DNA of 64,000 nt, from contig NC_092370.1 in assembly GCF_030028105.1 (NCBI RefSeq), positions 113,722,793 to 113,786,792 on the forward strand, given 5' to 3'. Shown piece by piece: positions 60,769 to 64,000 of this stretch. The DNA comes from Mobula birostris. Lineage: Eukaryota. The notes below the pieces were generated by a model. That model was given only the letters and a program-made list of their open reading frames with translations, made no database searches and was not told where the DNA came from. Both the position numbers and the translations under genes were made by a program. Each line of letters starts with the position of its first letter. The stretch's first letter is position 1.

Positions 60769-63700
60769 TGTTCTAGTTCAACAGTGCGTAACAGGGAATG
60801 AGGAAAGGTGCAGCTGACTCACATCGTTTCCTCACGGCCCGGTAGCATATGCTTTGCGGCCCGGAAGCGGTCCGCGGACGGTGGTTGGTGACCACTGGCT
60901 TAATGCTTTGTAAGTCACGTCTAACTAACTTATAGAGATTTTTTAAAGGAGGTTACCAAGAAGTATGTTGAAGGGAACACAGTGGGCTTTAGAAAAGCCT
61001 TTGATAAATTACGACATGGCAGACTCGTCAAGAAGATTAAATCGCCTGGCATTCAGATGAAGTAGTCAGTTAGATTGAATGTTGGTTTACCGGAAAAAGC
61101 CAGAGAGTGGTGGTTAGTGTTTGACTCTCTGCCTCGAGGCCTGTGACTAGTGCTGTGCTGCAGGAGTCGGTGCTTAATCGATTGTTGTTGGTCACTTACA
61201 TTAATGATTTAAATGACAATATGTTAAACTGTATCAGCAAATTTGCGGATGATACCAAGACTGAGGGTATAGTGAACATCGTGCTTTATGGATTCACATC
61301 CAAATCATTTACGTATTTATTAATAACAGAGGTCTCAACACTGACCCCTGGGTAAACTGAATTTTAAGAAGAACTGTACAAAATAAAAGGAAAATAATAA
61401 ATGCGAAGCCAATAGGGCTACAAACTAACATTCAAACTAAAAATCTAACGTTGACACTGAGCTTCAGAAGGAGTAACTTAATAGTAAGTTAGTACCACTC
61501 CTTTAAGGCGTCAATCTAAATTGGAGTCTTCTATCTTGGAAAGTGGGCTAAGGTAAGCAGGGGAGTGTCGCCGTCGCTGTGCTTCAGTCAAGACTCGACA
61601 AGACTGAAGGGAGTTAAATAAAACTACAATGCAACCCCAATTGTCTGCAATGTGCATTCTTACGAGCGTGATTGCTGATGACCGCTTTCAGCTGCCCACC
61701 CCACAGCAGAGTCCATGGTTTTTACAGATCATCACCCTCACCACCCCACCCCCACCCCGCCACGAGGCACAGCTCCGGGGGGCACTAGAGACCTGTGCTC
61801 GCTGGAGTTACTGGATGAGAAACTTGTCCAGGATGTCACGAATTGGAACCCAAGAAAGATTCTCTGGGCCCTGCCTCTCCCAGTTCACTAGGTGCTGATG
61901 TGACGGCTTGTTCTGGGCACAAATGGGATAAGCAGAGACAAAGTCCTGGACATCCTGGGACATAGACTGCCATGTAAATCATCTCTTTATGAATTCCAGG
62001 GTCTGTTGAATCCCTGGAACGCCAACCAGATGGGAAGAGTGACCCCAGACCAACGTTTACGAACACACGGGGGCAAGGACAAACAGCTTGTTAGGAACTT
62101 CTCCATCTGGGCCTGAATCTGTCTGTTCGGCAGTCCTCACCTGTTTCTATTCCCCAAGTCACTGGAACAGCTATGCTTGTGCGAGGAAAGATGTGATCTA
62201 GATTGGCGTTGACCTTAGAGATATCAAACTTTCAGGAAAGAGCATCGGCATTAGCATCATCTGCCTATCCTTCCTCACAGTCTCGCTACACGCTGCATCC
62301 TCAGCCCCATCACTCCTTTCCCAATCCCCTGCTAACTTAGTTTAAACCTTCTCCAACAGCTCTAGCAAACCTACTCGCAAAGATATTAACCCCCATTGGG
62401 TTCAGGTTTAACCGATCTTTTTTGTACAAGACACATCTTCCCTAGATGAGATCCCAATGATCCAACAATCTGAAACCCTGTCCGCTACACCAGATCCTCA
62501 GCCATTCATTCATCCTACTTCTGCCTTAACTACCACGCAGAACTGGGAGTAATCCAGAGATTACACATGCTCTGTGGCCTCTTCCAGCACTCCTTATGCT
62601 TACTGTGCAAAATCTCTTCCCTGTTTTTACCTATTTCATCAGTGTCAATGTACTCCTCGGCCTTTTTCTGGTTACCCAACCTCTTTTGCAGCTGCTCTGA
62701 CACCTCGTTAAACCTAGCACTTGGGAGGCAGAACACCATTCTGCGTCTTTGCAACTGCCACCAAATCTCTTGTCCAATCTCTAATTACTGAGTCTTCTAT
62801 TACTATCTCTCTACCTGATTTTACCCTTCCCTGCTGAGCCACAGAGCCGGCCATACTGCCACTGGGTTGGCCGCTGCTGCCGTGCACTGACAGGTCATTC
62901 TTCCCCCATCCTCCACTGTAGTATCCAAGGGAATATCTGTTGCTCAAGGGAATGAATATTGAAAATATGATGTCATCCTATCCCGTTTAATAGTAGCTTT
63001 CTTTCAATTGATGGCAGATGCAAGGTGTGTATGTCCAGAGGGCTCACTGAAAGCCAATATCCGTACGAAGGATAGGTCAAGCTATGAGGGAGGCAAATCA
63101 AGGAACTGGATATAATCTTCAGAGATACGGACAACAACGAGTTGGTCGAGGGAGGCATATGAGTGTTTATTGCCATATGGAATTCCTTCGAGAGGTCTGG
63201 GCCGTTTTCAAGGACAGATCTATGGATCAGAATAAATACACCTACACCATGTAGGTTCACTGGCCACCTACGTCATGGACATTAGAAAAACAGTTGTAGA
63301 CGAGTGTCTCCCCACAAACTCATTCAGAGTCTTCACCCGTCAGATGTCTTGTATGAACCATGAAATCAGCTATTTGCTGAGGTTCAGATCAAAGGCATTC
63401 AAGTCTGGTGACCAATAAAGTTACAAGAGGTCCTGGTACATTCTCTGGAAAGCCTCCTTATGGGCAAAGCCTCCTTATTTGCCAGACGAAACCTGAAACA
63501 ACAAAGGATAGTCAATAGTTGTGGCAGGGCTTGAATGCTATCACTTCCTATGAAGTAAAATCAAGTGACAAAGGTGACAACAGGGCTCACTTCCAGATGA
63601 ATGCAATGCCTTCTGTGCTTGCTTCGACCGTCAAAACATGGAGGAACCATCACAAACACTCACAGCGCCAGACTATCGAGTGATTTTAGTCCCTGAGGCT

Positions 63701-64000
63701 GATGTAAGGGCAGCCTTCTGGAAGATGAACCCATGAAAATCATCCAGCCCAGACAGGATACCTGGCCAAGTACTGAAGACCAGTGCTAATCAACTGGTGG
63801 GACTGTTCACTGATCTTTAACCTGTCTCTTTGGCTGATGTACTCATCTGCTTCAATCAGACTTCTCTGATTCTGGTGCCTCAGAAGAACATGGTAACCTG
63901 CCTCAATGACTAAAGTCCAGTATCACTTACATCCACAGTGAGGAAATGTTTTAAGAAGTGATGTTTTAAGGAAAGCAACATCCGTCATCAGAAACACCAC

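Larger units (their letters stand above)
30600..64000. repeat. Tandem segmental duplication of a V-containing cassette (five partial copies)
   Basis: The order CR1-Rex/Babar-CR1-V-flank-CR1-Gypsy(LTR)-CR1 recurs. Copies start at about 30600, 46960, 48250, 53830 and 62800. Confidence 0.9.

Overview
Vertebrate genomic DNA, most likely a cartilaginous fish (ray or shark). The taxon is inferred from the repeat landscape and protein resemblance and was not checked by search. The window holds the 3' part of a T-cell receptor gamma (TRG) translocon on the minus strand. There are three intact, closely related V genes, each with a leader exon, V exon and 23-bp-spacer RSS (ATGs at 35093, 47805 and 56161). 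There are two intact J segments with 12-bp-spacer RSS (24904-24960, 25116-25166). One C gene has three exons: Ig domain 18171-18485, connecting peptide 16511-16588, TM/cytoplasmic 13568-13701, with a poly(A) signal at 13254-13259. No D segments were seen. Most of the remaining sequence is decayed transposon: CR1 and Rex/Babar LINEs, tRNA-SINEs, a Penelope element, a chromovirus-type Gypsy fragment, solo LTRs, Tc1 and hAT. The V region (about 30.6-64 kb) is a tandem array of one TE-laden cassette, eroded by deletions; one copy has lost its V gene. The most notable observations are a 1.55-kb palindromic Tc1 derivative in the J-C intron, hammerhead ribozyme motifs in Penelope ends, a candidate 30-nt extra hinge exon in C-gamma, clustered tandem substitutions between germline V paralogs, and two short templated duplications. 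I found no convincing wholly new gene system. The findings are unusual features of a known locus type. All counts were made by hand, and TE boundaries are approximate.
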